Shown: positions 11,220-21,936 of the stretch, in pieces
Numbering within the stretch: position 1 is the stretch's first letter
Layout: each line of letters opens with the position of its first letter
Program-made: the position numbers and the translations under genes
Notes under the pieces: generated by a model
What the model saw: only the letters and a program-made list of their open reading frames with translations
What the model was told of the DNA's origin: nothing
Database searches by the model: none
Virus record (IMG/VR): IMGVR_UViG_3300043409_001877
Coordinates: 32,001 to 96,000 of that record
Strand: one strand, 5' to 3'
DNA length: 64,000 bases
DNA from: a virus

Positions 11220-13513
11220 TTTATATAATAATTTTTTTCTATATCATATAATGAATTTGTTTCATTCCAATTACCAAAGTAATAGTATTTGTTATTATAA
11301 GAATTAGCATCATTGTTTGTAACAATAACACCATTAATAACATTAGTATTATTATTCTCATCATCAACATAAATGTCAACAAGATTAGTGTCAAAAAAAT
11401 TTATATCATCTACAACTTTATTTAAATTACCTTTTTCATAGGAAGAATAAACACCATCTTTAATTAAATCAGGTAATTCATCAGTAATATCATGTATGAA
11501 TATTTCCATAACAGACTCTTTACCAGCACTTTGTCTGCAATTAATAAAAACACCGTAAGTGTACCCGTCACTAACAACTTGGTTAAAAGCTGGATGTACA
11601 TTAAATCCGTTTGTTTTAGCGCCAGTTTTTTTACCTAATTCAATAGCATACAAACTAGCCGTGAAAACTTCTGTTGAGTTGTCACCAAAATTCCACGTAC
11701 CAATATCACCAAATACATTATTACCGTTAATAATGAAGTTGTCAGCCGAAAATAAATTAGCGTACACTGTACCTGAATTTGTACCACCATTTCTTTTAAC
11801 ACCAATACCAAAATATAATTCACAATCAGTTACTTGTTCATTGTATGAATCAGAAATATCTATTGAAATTTCATTAACTATTTTTATCGGTCTATCTAAA
11901 GAACCAGCACCACCGTCTTGTGAAAGTACCCTAGGTATTAAAACTGATCCAATTATGGTTGGTTCATCTATATTATATGCACTATCAATTGTTATCGGAA
12001 AATTCCAAGGGGCGAGCGCTTTATCTGGGTTAAATTTAGGAAAATAACCAACGGTGTTATCAAGATCTTTTGTTAATATATTATTTCTACTATGTTTAGC
12101 GTGTATTGTTTTTACCGTATAAAATTTTCTTTTTCTATTTAATAAATCATATTCAAATAATCCAGACCATGTACCTTCCCAACCGCCAAGCCAAACATCA
12201 CCACTTAATGTTGATGGTATTCTTATACCTGGAATAATTGAATTAAAAAATCCACCTCGAACATTTCTCCTATTTGTAAAAGCATCATCAGTATCATAAA
12301 TTTCAAAAGCGTAATAACCTTTTGTTGGTATACCTATTGCGCTGTCTGTTGTTTCTACTAAATCACCAAATTCATTTGTTGTGTAATAATCCATATACAT
12401 TGGTAGGCTTATTCTAAAAATACCATTGTAATATGACCCACTGAATACCCCTAATCTTTTTCTACTACCCTTATTTAACTTATCATCTAAACGATAAACC
12501 ACAATTTCCATTTTTTGAAGTGGGTACAAATCACCAGTATAATAACCAACTGAATCATCTAAGAAATATATTTCTGGATTATTATCTGTTCTCCAGGCAT
12601 CTATATTATAATCATAATCTGGTCTAACACAAAACCCCTCAGTACTAGCGTGTACGTATCCAAAAAATATCGCAGTCGGTGTATATTTAAAATTTATTTT
12701 AAAATCACATCTTGTTATACCAACATCACAAAAATCATCATCACCCCAAAAAGGTGAAACTGTTACCTTTTTTACATTATGGAAAATATTAGGCATCTCA
12801 TCTAATTCAGTTTTAACTTCAACATCATAATTGTTGTTTCCGTTATATATAAAATTAGGTACTTTATTTTGGTTGATTGTTGTTTCTACTGCGTTACTAT
12901 TGATAAGCGTTTTAAGTTCTTCTATACTTTGATTTAAGGATGTTTGCTCAACTAAATCATTAGCCGATAAATCAAACGAGTTCGTATCAAATACATCAAA
13001 ATCCATAATAATATCGTGTTGCCCCAGTGGTACACCAAATATCATATAATCACCAGACTCATTAGTTGTTGTTGTATATTTATAATACTTATCCATTATT
13101 TCCACGTATTGTGGATAATGTGAAAAATCAGAAGAATCTGGGAAATTGCCAACAGCTCTGTGGCTTGGGTTTTTAGTGTTTCTAACTCTTGGTAATAAAT
13201 TATATCTAACACCATTAGGGAATGTATCGTTAATAGTTTCAAACGGATATAATTCAGTTATTTCCGTTCTAAGTTTATCTTCTTCGGTTATTGGTATAAA
13301 AATACTAACTTTAGCATTCTGGACACCAAACCCGCTATTAAGCATTACTCTACCAACTATAGCACCAAAATCAGAACACTGCCTATCGTAAGCATCTGCG
13401 CTAGTAATCTTAAGACTTAAAATCTCAAGATTATCAAATTCTTGTTCAATATTTAATGTTACCTTCTGATCTTCTTTAACAAAATCAATTGGTATTCTTA
13501 TGTTTCTTTCCAT
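11216..13513 (-). CDS. Baseplate-associated protein with carboxypeptidase-regulatory-like (Cna-B type) beta-sandwich
   Basis: GAIVGRVMLNSGFGVQNAKVSIFIP ... TTTTNESGDYMIFGVPLGQHDI matches the G.V....P..GA.V...T.T...G.Y.I..VP.G pattern; directly follows the gp6-like gene. Confidence 0.55.
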   Translation of the reverse strand: MERNIRIPIDFVKEDQKVTLNIEQEFDNLEILSLKITSADAYDRQCSDFGAIVGRVMLNSGFGVQNAKVSIFIPITEEDKLRTEITELYPFETINDTFPNGVRYNLLPRVRNTKNPSHRAVGNFPDSSDFSHYPQYVEIMDKYYKYTTTTNESGDYMIFGVPLGQHDIIMDFDVFDTNSFDLSANDLVEQTSLNQSIEELKTLINSNAVETTINQNKVPNFIYNGNNNYDVEVKTELDEMPNIFHNVKKVTVSPFWGDDDFCDVGITRCDFKINFKYTPTAIFFGYVHASTEGFCVRPDYDYNIDAWRTDNNPEIYFLDDSVGYYTGDLYPLQKMEIVVYRLDDKLNKGSRKRLGVFSGSYYNGIFRISLPMYMDYYTTNEFGDLVETTDSAIGIPTKGYYAFEIYDTDDAFTNRRNVRGGFFNSIIPGIRIPSTLSGDVWLGGWEGTWSGLFEYDLLNRKRKFYTVKTIHAKHSRNNILTKDLDNTVGYFPKFNPDKALAPWNFPITIDSAYNIDEPTIIGSVLIPRVLSQDGGAGSLDRPIKIVNEISIDISDSYNEQVTDCELYFGIGVKRNGGTNSGTVYANLFSADNFIINGNNVFGDIGTWNFGDNSTEVFTASLYAIELGKKTGAKTNGFNVHPAFNQVVSDGYTYGVFINCRQSAGKESVMEIFIHDITDELPDLIKDGVYSSYEKGNLNKVVDDINFFDTNLVDIYVDDENNNTNVINGVIVTNNDANSYNNKYYYFGNWNETNSLYDIEKNYYIK

Positions 13514-13514
13514 T

Positions 13515-15332
13515 TTAGAACCCTAGTACGTTTTGAGTTGTTGGTATAACAACAATGTCTTTTTCCGTATATTTTACTTGTAGAATTTGGTCACCATTAA
13601 CTCTAATAGCACCACCAGTTAAATCAATTTCATTTGTTGTGATGTCCACAATATCATTGCTAGAAATTATTGATGTGGAATAATCTCCACCGACTTTATT
13701 ATAAGCTTTAATATAATTAATATTTAAAATACCGTCAATTTGTGATAATTTTTTAATCAAACCACCAATTAAATAACTCTGACCTAAAGAAGTATTTTCC
13801 TTGGTAAAATCGTTGGCAATAGTAGATGCTATACTTCCAATTACATTTACTTGAGCACCGTCTTCACAAAGAACTGAAATTTCAAATCCAATGTTAATAA
13901 CCTCAGCTGGTTTAACAACAACATAATCATTAATCATTCTGTAACGAGATAAATAATTCGCAACATTTTCTAAAAGAACTGATGAAACACTATCGCTTAA
14001 ATTACCATCACTATCTGTTGATAATATACCTATATTAATTTTATTTTGTACTTGAGTTACACTTGCTTTAGCTGGTGAACCAAACTTAGCTGGCATGCCT
14101 AATAATATAGCTTTATAATCTTGTAATGTTACAGCTCTATTTTGTGCTGCAAAGTTATATGAAATATAATTTCTAAGCTCTTCTATAGACGGTGCGTCAC
14201 CACCACCAATAGCTGGAGTTATGTTTGTTACAGTTAAAGAGCCTTGAACAATAGCATTAGTTCTTTCGTCAGATCCTGTTATTTTAACCGCTATTTGACC
14301 TATTGTATTAATTACACCAAGACCAACATTTGTATCAGCTCCACCACCAATTCTATATTTTACGTATAATGTTGTGTTGTTAATTGGAGCCCAACCTAAA
14401 CTGGTGTTATTTAAAAAACTTTTTAAATCAAAACTACCCGCATCAACAAAATCATCTAAAATATCCAATCCTTGATTTATTTGAGATCCGAATGTTAAAA
14501 CACAAAACCCATTTGGCGTAAATTCTTTAATAAATCTTTTATCAATTTTATTATAAGCACCATTATAAATACCATTAACTGGTGCTGTTGTTGGGTCTTC
14601 TATAAAGACACTGTCCTCAGCTAATGAAGGTACTTCATACCATTTATTGGTTCCTGATTTAAATTCTGTAATAGTTGGTAATACTTCAAATGTGGTACCA
14701 TTTTTATGAATAACTGATTCGATTGATATTACATTATTTTCAGGTAATGTTATTTGATAGAATGGTTTTGTGTTATTAATTGTTTGAGTGTAAACTCTAG
14801 TGGCACCAGCAATAACGATACCTGTTTTAGTTATTTTATAAGCGCTTAAAACACCGTTAACAAAAATAGGTACTTTAGTTCTATCAACTTTGTTTGATAT
14901 ATTAAAATTTGAAGCAAAATCAATATCATATAATAATTCAAAACTGTTAGTATCGGCTAAAAATTGTGAACCAGCATATAATAATGGTAAATAACTTTTA
15001 TCTTCAGCATCTCCTCTGGCTGGAACTTGTACCGTAAACTGACAAACAGCAATACTAGCGGAAGTGCCTGGTAATTTTAAACCATATGTTTTGGCAATAT
15101 TATATAATGATTGTTTTTCTTGTGCGTAATCTAAAACAGTTTCTTGTAAAGATCTATCAATATGAAATTGTAAGTTATCTGATATAGCCGCATTAAGGTC
15201 TAATAATACAGATAAGATAGAAGCGTCATTGTAATTTTGAACAATTCCAGGGTAGTATTGTTTTATATAATTTATTTGCTCGGTTTTTAACGAAGCGAAA
15301 TCTCTTTTACTATAATTAATTGTTTTTGCCAT
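13515..15332 (-). CDS. Baseplate wedge subunit, T4 gp6 / baseplate J-like
   Basis: N-terminal INYSKRDFASLK..LLDLNA.ISDNL.F; YRIGGGADTN; GGGDAPSIEELR...FAAQNRAVTLQDY. Confidence 0.88.
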   Translation of the reverse strand: MAKTINYSKRDFASLKTEQINYIKQYYPGIVQNYNDASILSVLLDLNAAISDNLQFHIDRSLQETVLDYAQEKQSLYNIAKTYGLKLPGTSASIAVCQFTVQVPARGDAEDKSYLPLLYAGSQFLADTNSFELLYDIDFASNFNISNKVDRTKVPIFVNGVLSAYKITKTGIVIAGATRVYTQTINNTKPFYQITLPENNVISIESVIHKNGTTFEVLPTITEFKSGTNKWYEVPSLAEDSVFIEDPTTAPVNGIYNGAYNKIDKRFIKEFTPNGFCVLTFGSQINQGLDILDDFVDAGSFDLKSFLNNTSLGWAPINNTTLYVKYRIGGGADTNVGLGVINTIGQIAVKITGSDERTNAIVQGSLTVTNITPAIGGGDAPSIEELRNYISYNFAAQNRAVTLQDYKAILLGMPAKFGSPAKASVTQVQNKINIGILSTDSDGNLSDSVSSVLLENVANYLSRYRMINDYVVVKPAEVINIGFEISVLCEDGAQVNVIGSIASTIANDFTKENTSLGQSYLIGGLIKKLSQIDGILNINYIKAYNKVGGDYSTSIISSNDIVDITTNEIDLTGGAIRVNGDQILQVKYTEKDIVVIPTTQNVLGF

Positions 15333-15333
15333 T

Positions 15334-15753
15334 TTATAATACTAAGGTTACTGTATCTGAGGATTGAAAAGTCCTTGATGTTATTGTATAATCAATATTT
15401 ATTCTAACGCTGTGTTGTTTTTTATCATCATTAATATATTCAATATTATCATAAAATTGCTCAATATTAATCTTGTTAATTTTTAAATTAGGTATATATT
15501 TTTCAACAGAATCTGTTATTTCATTTTCAATTTTAGTTATTATAATCTCATCAAGCGGTTCAAAAATATATTGGTATAAATTTGTACCAAAATCTGGTAA
15601 GTAATATCTACTACCTCTTCTGGTTAATAATAAATGAATTAAACTTGATTTAATTTCAGACTCAGGTATTTTTGTTAATTTTAAAAAATCACCATTGTCA
15701 CTATCACCAAAAGGGAAATTTATACCGTATGTCGTCTTCCTAATATTATTCAT
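15334..15753 (-). CDS. Baseplate wedge/sheath initiator, T4 gp25 / gpW-like
   Basis: GINFPF...IKSSLIHLLLTRRGSRYYLPDFGTNLYQYIFEPL...YIPNLKI, the GPW_gp25 signature. Confidence 0.92.
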   Translation of the reverse strand: MNNIRKTTYGINFPFGDSDNGDFLKLTKIPESEIKSSLIHLLLTRRGSRYYLPDFGTNLYQYIFEPLDEIIITKIENEITDSVEKYIPNLKINKINIEQFYDNIEYINDDKKQHSVRINIDYTITSRTFQSSDTVTLVL

Positions 15754-15797
15754 GATTATATTTTATCATAAATAGTAAGAAAATTTATTTTATTGTA

Positions 15798-15826
15798 AAG
15801 AAAAAAGCCACCTTTTTGGTGGCTTT
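15798..15826 (-). terminator. Rho-independent terminator after nrdA
   Basis: Stem aaagccacc / ggtggcttt (15804-15826); the A-run on the plus strand gives a U-tract on the minus strand. Confidence 0.8.
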
Positions 15827-15830
15827 ATTA

Positions 15831-17984
15831 TTAACTTGAACATCCGAAACACTCATACTGTGAATTATCGGGCTTTTTAGGTAATGGTTCAGATGAACCA
15901 CCACTTGATAGTTTTGAATTATTCTCTATTTTTGATTTTGTTCTGGTATAATATACACCAGATTTAAGACCAGATTTCCACGCAAACATTAAAGCGCTTG
16001 ATATCTTAGAATATTTAGCATCCGAGTGGTATACATTTAATGATTGTGATTGATCAACATAGTTATTCCTAATAGCTGATAATTCCAATAACGTTTTTTG
16101 TGAAATCTCCCAAACGTCTTTATAGCGATACTTAATATCTTCTGGAATTTCGTTAATTAACTGAATGCTACCACCATTAGAGACAATTTTATTCTTAATA
16201 TCATTATCCCATAGGCTAATTTCATCTAATTCTCTAACTAAATGCTTATTAATAACTAAAAACTCACCCTGACCAACTCTTCTGGTAAACAAATTAGAAG
16301 TTACTGGTTCAAACGACTCAAAAACACCTAATAAAATAGCGGAAGATGCTGTTGGCATTAACCCTAAAAATAATGAATTTAATACAGGAATTGGTTCCCC
16401 AGATGGTAATGGACTCCAACCCTCAATATATGTCTCACCTTGTGAATATGGACTACCGTCCCAAGCTGGGTACGTTCTGTTTTGTTCCTTAGCCATTTTC
16501 ATAGACTCAGTAACCGCAGCTTTGTACATTGTTTCGAAAATATCTTTATTCCATTTTTTAGCTTCTTCACTTTCGAATGAAATTTTCTTTTTAGCGAAGA
16601 AATCAGCTAAACCAGCTACACCAATAGCTAACGACCTTTGGTCTAACCCAGCTAAAGCACTCCACTCATCACTCCATTTATTCTTATCAATAACGGAATT
16701 TAACGCTCTAACCATTACTTTGGTGCTTTTGGCAATAGTTGCTAACTCATTATGCTCAGCCAAATTAATTGAACCTAAAGTGCATTGTGATGTGTAACCT
16801 GGTTTAGATACATTGGTAATTTCAATACAGAGATTACTCTGCTTAATAACCCCAATATTCCTTTGCATGTTTTTTCTATTAGCATTGTCTTTAAAGAACA
16901 CATATGGTCTACCACTTTCAACTTGTGATTTAATAATAGCATCCCAAATGGTTTTAGCGTTTGCTTTATACCCGATACCAAGTTCAACAGCTTTATTGTA
17001 CATTTCAACAAACTCATCACCCCAGGTTTCGTGTAATGGTTTTAAACCAGCTTTTTCGATATCATTTGGACAAAATAAATACCAATCTTCATTGTTAATT
17101 AATTTTTCCATGAATAAGTCATTGATAACCACAGAAGTAAATAAATCTCTGGCTCTCATTTGTTCGTCTCCGATTGGTAGTGTTAACTCAAGAAAATCAA
17201 TAATGTCTCTGTGCCAAACTGACAAATATAAAGCGCAGCTACCAGAACGACTACCTTGCTTATAGAATCTCATTTTACTTTGAACCATATCAGCAAGTCT
17301 AACAACACCACCAGCATTTGAATTAAATGAACTTACCATTGAATGTTTACTTCTAATTGGATCTATTAATAAACCTATCCCAGAACCCTCTTTTGAGGCG
17401 TATGACATCTTTGTAAGCGTCTCTTCAATACCTTGGATGGTATCGCTATGAAGTGTCGTTAAATTGCACGAAATCATCCCATTTCGCTTATCAATACCTG
17501 CATTAGTATATATAGGGGTTGCAAAGTTCATTCTTTTATGAGTTAACTCATCTAAGAACATTTTTTTTTCGCTTGGGGTTGTGGCTAAATGTGAAGCAAC
17601 TCTTTCATACATACATGATGGTAACTCAACTGGTGTATTACCTTCTTTAACTGAGTATTTTTTTAAAAATGTTGTCGCAGCAAAGAAATCGTAAGTCATA
17701 TCAACTTCTTGTAGTTCTTTACCAATTAATTTAGATTGTCTACTTAATAATAATCTACCACCTAATGTCGCATAATCTGGGTGATTAATTACTTTATCAG
17801 CTGATTTAAAAGCTATTAACTCATCTAATTCAGTTGTTGTCATATCATCATAAATTAATGGTATAACTTCTTTAAATAAACTATCCGAATCAACATTTAA
17901 ATCTTTTGAATGTTGTTTAATTCTACTTAATATTTTATTAGGCATAAAAGCCTGATACTCACCGTTTCTTTTCTTAATTCTCAT
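15831..17984 (-). CDS. nrdA: Ribonucleoside-diphosphate reductase class Ia alpha subunit
   Basis: N-terminal ATP-cone (MRIKKRNG), ATP..TNAG, SCNL, QSNLCIEI, CTLGSINL, MPTASS, DQSQS, GLKSGVYY and a C-terminal CxxC (CFGCSS). Confidence 0.96.
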   Translation of the reverse strand: MRIKKRNGEYQAFMPNKILSRIKQHSKDLNVDSDSLFKEVIPLIYDDMTTTELDELIAFKSADKVINHPDYATLGGRLLLSRQSKLIGKELQEVDMTYDFFAATTFLKKYSVKEGNTPVELPSCMYERVASHLATTPSEKKMFLDELTHKRMNFATPIYTNAGIDKRNGMISCNLTTLHSDTIQGIEETLTKMSYASKEGSGIGLLIDPIRSKHSMVSSFNSNAGGVVRLADMVQSKMRFYKQGSRSGSCALYLSVWHRDIIDFLELTLPIGDEQMRARDLFTSVVINDLFMEKLINNEDWYLFCPNDIEKAGLKPLHETWGDEFVEMYNKAVELGIGYKANAKTIWDAIIKSQVESGRPYVFFKDNANRKNMQRNIGVIKQSNLCIEITNVSKPGYTSQCTLGSINLAEHNELATIAKSTKVMVRALNSVIDKNKWSDEWSALAGLDQRSLAIGVAGLADFFAKKKISFESEEAKKWNKDIFETMYKAAVTESMKMAKEQNRTYPAWDGSPYSQGETYIEGWSPLPSGEPIPVLNSLFLGLMPTASSAILLGVFESFEPVTSNLFTRRVGQGEFLVINKHLVRELDEISLWDNDIKNKIVSNGGSIQLINEIPEDIKYRYKDVWEISQKTLLELSAIRNNYVDQSQSLNVYHSDAKYSKISSALMFAWKSGLKSGVYYTRTKSKIENNSKLSSGGSSEPLPKKPDNSQYECFGCSS

Positions 17985-17997
17985 TATCTATAATATT

Positions 17998-18945
17998 TTA
18001 AAATTCATCATCAAACATACCATCAGTTGTTGTTGGGATGTCCACTCTAGTGTATTGTCCAATTCTTTGTTCAAAGAAATTGTTTTTGGCTGAAAGACCT
18101 ATTCTAGCCATGTAATCTAATGGATTGTTTACGTTAAACTCTGGTTCAATACCAAAATCTTTTAAAACAACATCTGTTACGTATCTAACATATTGAACCA
18201 TCATGTCGGTTGTTAGACCCATTAATCCATTTGGCATACTGTCTTTAACAAAAATTTCTTCAACTTGACAACAAGATAATATAATTTCTCTAACATCAAC
18301 AGATGATAATTGATTAATGGCGTATTTGTTATATAAATTTACAGCGAATTCATAATGTAATGTTTCATCTTTGATGATTAACTCATTCATTGAAGCTAAA
18401 CCTTCCATTTTGTTTCTTGACCTATACCAGAACACACCAGCAAATACGGAACTAAATGAAATACCTTCAACGCAAGCAAAAGCTATTAATCTGTGTACAA
18501 ATGATGGATGGTTAATCCATTTTTCAGCCCAAGAAGCTTTTGCTGAAATGGATAAACTAGTTTCCATGGAATTAAATAAATCCGTTTTTTCTTTATCGTC
18601 TTTAATGTAAGCTTCAATTAATAATGAATATCCATTTGCGTGAACTTGTTCAATAAAGGTTTGGTGACCATAAAAGTATTGAGCTTCAAGTAAATCAACT
18701 TCGCTCATAAAATTAGTTGCCAAATTATCAATCACTAAACCATCTGATATAGCAAAAAACCCTAAAATATTCTTTAAATATAATTTTTCAGAGTCTGTTA
18801 ATTCAGGGTATTTGTCTTTTGATAGATCTATTTCCTCAGCCACCCAAGTTTGTTTTTCTGCTTTTTTATAGAAATCCCATAAATCTGGGTGGGTAATCGG
18901 AAAAATTGAATACCTCTTTGTTAAATCGTTGCTCTTTAAGTTCAT
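17998..18945 (-). CDS. nrdB: Ribonucleoside-diphosphate reductase class Ia beta subunit
   Basis: W..EEIDLSKD, FFAISDGLV, EQVHANGY (radical Tyr), VEGISFS, DETLH, NFFE, acidic tail FDDEF. Confidence 0.96.
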   Translation of the reverse strand: MNLKSNDLTKRYSIFPITHPDLWDFYKKAEKQTWVAEEIDLSKDKYPELTDSEKLYLKNILGFFAISDGLVIDNLATNFMSEVDLLEAQYFYGHQTFIEQVHANGYSLLIEAYIKDDKEKTDLFNSMETSLSISAKASWAEKWINHPSFVHRLIAFACVEGISFSSVFAGVFWYRSRNKMEGLASMNELIIKDETLHYEFAVNLYNKYAINQLSSVDVREIILSCCQVEEIFVKDSMPNGLMGLTTDMMVQYVRYVTDVVLKDFGIEPEFNVNNPLDYMARIGLSAKNNFFEQRIGQYTRVDIPTTTDGMFDDEF

Positions 18946-19015
18946 AATATGTTTTTATATAAATACCCTTCAAAGGTACTTTTAATTTGTTAAATAAAAA
19001 AATTTTGTTGTTTTT

Positions 19016-20422
19016 TTAAGGGGTTTCGTTAGCTCTAGCTTTTACTATTTCTCGGTATTGTTGTCTATTTTTTTCGATTCTTTTCTTTTCGCTATCGATT
19101 TCAAATCCATTTTCTGTAACTCTATCGTTAGTATCAATTTCAAGTAAACCATTATCGAATTTACAATTTTGGAAAATCATACCATCTGAACCTAATCTAT
19201 TTTTAAGAATAGATATTGTGGCAACTTTTTGTTCTTTTTGTTCCAACGTTTTACCAATACTCATAATAAAGTGAGCAATTTGAGCTTTTTTAAGTGAACC
19301 ACCCATGTTTTCAGTTCTAACAACCTCAACACTAGTAGAGGCTCTATTACCTTGAGTTGCTGTCCAACAAGCAACATCCATCTCTTCAGCCATTGTCTCA
19401 AGTAAACGCATTATTTTACCCTCATTAGACCATTCTTCAGCGCCCTGTGTTTCTTTCTCCAATGACAAACAATCAACATAATCAAGAACTAATAAATCAA
19501 TCTTATTCCCCTTGGAGTTTAATTTCTTAATAATGTTTTTGATTTTTGTAATAGTAACACCATCAGCTGGTAATTTCTGAAGAAAAATATGATTATCAGT
19601 CTTTTCTCTTGTTTCTTTAAACTTTTGTAATTTACCTTTAACAATTACACTAAACTCTGGATTTGCAATATCGGATAATTGCGTTTGAGTCATAATGGCA
19701 TAGTGTTTTCTTTGGATAGCTTTTTCTTTATCTTCAAAAAATACTTGTAAAACATTTCTACCATCCATATAAGCTTGGTTGGCTACTTTTGTTAAAAAAG
19801 TTGTTTTACCAACACCAAGTGGTGCAATAACTAAAGCTAACTCTTGTTTAGCTAAACCACCAGACATAATTTCATCAATACCATCAATACCTGTTTTTAT
19901 TGGGTCACGAAATTCATCGGATAAAACGTTGTCAAGATCATGATACAACGTAATTGAGTCTTCAACCTCTTTAAATATTAAAGCATCTTTTAATACTTTT
20001 TCAATAATATCATAATCATCAACCACACCACGTTGCAACTTCTTGTCAATCTCAGACATTGCTTGTTTTAAGTTCTGTAGTTTACAAAATTTAACAACAA
20101 ACGGTTGTACGTTTTTATTGGTTACTTTTATGTTCTCAATTTCCTGAACTGTGTCTAACACTTGTGCTTTAGCAGCATCTTGGTCAGCCATGTCCATATT
20201 GATTTGAGATCTTAAATTAGGAAAATTTAAGATTGCTTGATGTTTTTTATAATAATGTTTTAAACAATGTGTTATTTTCTGAAGAGCGTCAACATTAAAA
20301 TGTTTAACCTCTAAAGAATCTATAACCGTTTCCCCAAATTTTGGGTCGGTTATAATCTCATTAAATAATTCTAATTGATAATCTCTACCTAATTCGGCAA
20401 TGGATGTATGGTTTGTGCTCAT
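19016..20422 (-). CDS. Replicative DNA helicase, DnaB / T4 gp41-like
   Basis: IKTGIDGIDEIMSGGL, Walker A APLGVGKTT, Walker B LLVLDYVD, WTATQGNR, KNRLG. Confidence 0.9.
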   Translation of the reverse strand: MSTNHTSIAELGRDYQLELFNEIITDPKFGETVIDSLEVKHFNVDALQKITHCLKHYYKKHQAILNFPNLRSQINMDMADQDAAKAQVLDTVQEIENIKVTNKNVQPFVVKFCKLQNLKQAMSEIDKKLQRGVVDDYDIIEKVLKDALIFKEVEDSITLYHDLDNVLSDEFRDPIKTGIDGIDEIMSGGLAKQELALVIAPLGVGKTTFLTKVANQAYMDGRNVLQVFFEDKEKAIQRKHYAIMTQTQLSDIANPEFSVIVKGKLQKFKETREKTDNHIFLQKLPADGVTITKIKNIIKKLNSKGNKIDLLVLDYVDCLSLEKETQGAEEWSNEGKIMRLLETMAEEMDVACWTATQGNRASTSVEVVRTENMGGSLKKAQIAHFIMSIGKTLEQKEQKVATISILKNRLGSDGMIFQNCKFDNGLLEIDTNDRVTENGFEIDSEKKRIEKNRQQYREIVKARANETP

Positions 20423-20427
20423 GTTTA

Positions 20428-20901
20428 TTATACTGTAAGTTCATAATTTAAATACGTTGTTTCTAATCTATCTGTTCTTTCTGATAGACACTTTTGAATT
20501 CTAGTAATCATACTGTAGATATGTTCTCTAATATCTACCGTGTATCTAATCTTAACAGGATAAATAGTAGCATCCCATTCACGATAAGCTATAATCTTAC
20601 CATCCATTTTAACAACAATCTTCATGATATCTTTTGAAGCATTTTGTTCGAAGTTTTTATTTTCATAAAAAACACGAGCATTATCATTCATAAAATCCAA
20701 TGTTTTGTTTTTCATGTGGTGTTGGACGATTTCTTGATTCTCATCAATAACATATTTAAAATTCATTGAGTTAATTGATTTGTTGTTAAAACCAATTACG
20801 CTAAAAAATCTTTGTACGATTATATTATCGTTTAGATAAACTGTAAATTCAAACTTTTTTTGGTCTTTGTTGAATTCTTTTTTTTCTGGAGTTGTGTTCA
20901 T
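20428..20901 (-). CDS. Hypothetical protein in the replication operon
   Basis: 157-aa ORF tightly packed between the exonuclease and helicase genes. Confidence 0.6.
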   Translation of the reverse strand: MNTTPEKKEFNKDQKKFEFTVYLNDNIIVQRFFSVIGFNNKSINSMNFKYVIDENQEIVQHHMKNKTLDFMNDNARVFYENKNFEQNASKDIMKIVVKMDGKIIAYREWDATIYPVKIRYTVDIREHIYSMITRIQKCLSERTDRLETTYLNYELTV

Positions 20902-20904
20902 TTT

Positions 20905-21936
20905 TTATTTGTTTTTTGTTTGTTCGTATAATTTTTTTTCTTTCTGTATAATAGTAATAAAACTTGACCAGAAAACAAAGAAAGAGTCATCATATTTTGG
21001 AAGAAAATTTAATAATTCATCTTCTACCATCATTTTCATGATTACTTTTATCTCACCTCGACCATCAGGTGATAGTGCTTCGTTTACCATTTCATTAATG
21101 GCTAACTTTAAATCTTCGGTTACGTTAGGTTGTGATAAATTTATAATCTTCTCCATCACACCAAAATAATCAGTACCATATGTACCCCATTTGGTTCTAC
21201 CTTCTTTAATTGTTAATAGTGGTTTACTAGTTGGGTTATTAGCTAATAATTCATTAACTCTTTCAACAATCCATTCTTTTGTTTTACCACCTTTTTTTAA
21301 TTCGGGGAATAATTTTAAAACGGTGCCTTCACCTATACCTTCTAGTCCAGATATATTATCTGAAGTATCACCAGCAATCATTTTAATTAAACCAACATTT
21401 TCATAATGGTAATCAAAATAATTCATAAAATTTAATTTATTTATAACAACTTTTTTACCATAAAGATAAACCTTGGTACCATCATCTATTAATTGTAATA
21501 AATCACGATCGTTTGTATAAATAATTTTATTTTCTTTTGGTGAATTTTTTGTATAGTGCGCTATACCATCATCAGCCTCACAACCATCAATCTCAACTTG
21601 TCTAATAAACAACTCTTCAAGATATTGTTTAATTCGTATTCTTTGACGATCTAAATCATGTTTTTCATCTATAGAAACTTTTTGATTTCTATTTGATTTG
21701 TAGTAGGGATAATAAGCTTGTCGATAAGCTTTTGAATTCTCACCCTCCCAAAAAACAACAACCTTTGTGATACCAAAATCTTGGTAAAATCTTTTGATTG
21801 TGTTTACAAAGTGGTAGATGGTGCCAATACTACCGTTTTTAGTCTGTATTTGCTTGGCACCATGAAACCCTTGTTTTAATAAACCCTCACCATCTATTAG
21901 TAGGGTGTTAATCGTTTTCCTCTTGAGGTTTAGCAT
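20905..21936 (-). CDS. 5'-3' exonuclease / flap endonuclease (T4 RNase H, PolA N-terminal-like)
   Basis: LLIDG, YK.NR, EADDGIA, TNDRDLLQL, GDTSDNISGLEGIGEGT. The likely start is the ATG at 21936 rather than the track's start at 21966. Confidence 0.9.
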   Translation of the reverse strand: MLNLKRKTINTLLIDGEGLLKQGFHGAKQIQTKNGSIGTIYHFVNTIKRFYQDFGITKVVVFWEGENSKAYRQAYYPYYKSNRNQKVSIDEKHDLDRQRIRIKQYLEELFIRQVEIDGCEADDGIAHYTKNSPKENKIIYTNDRDLLQLIDDGTKVYLYGKKVVINKLNFMNYFDYHYENVGLIKMIAGDTSDNISGLEGIGEGTVLKLFPELKKGGKTKEWIVERVNELLANNPTSKPLLTIKEGRTKWGTYGTDYFGVMEKIINLSQPNVTEDLKLAINEMVNEALSPDGRGEIKVIMKMMVEDELLNFLPKYDDSFFVFWSSFITIIQKEKKLYEQTKNK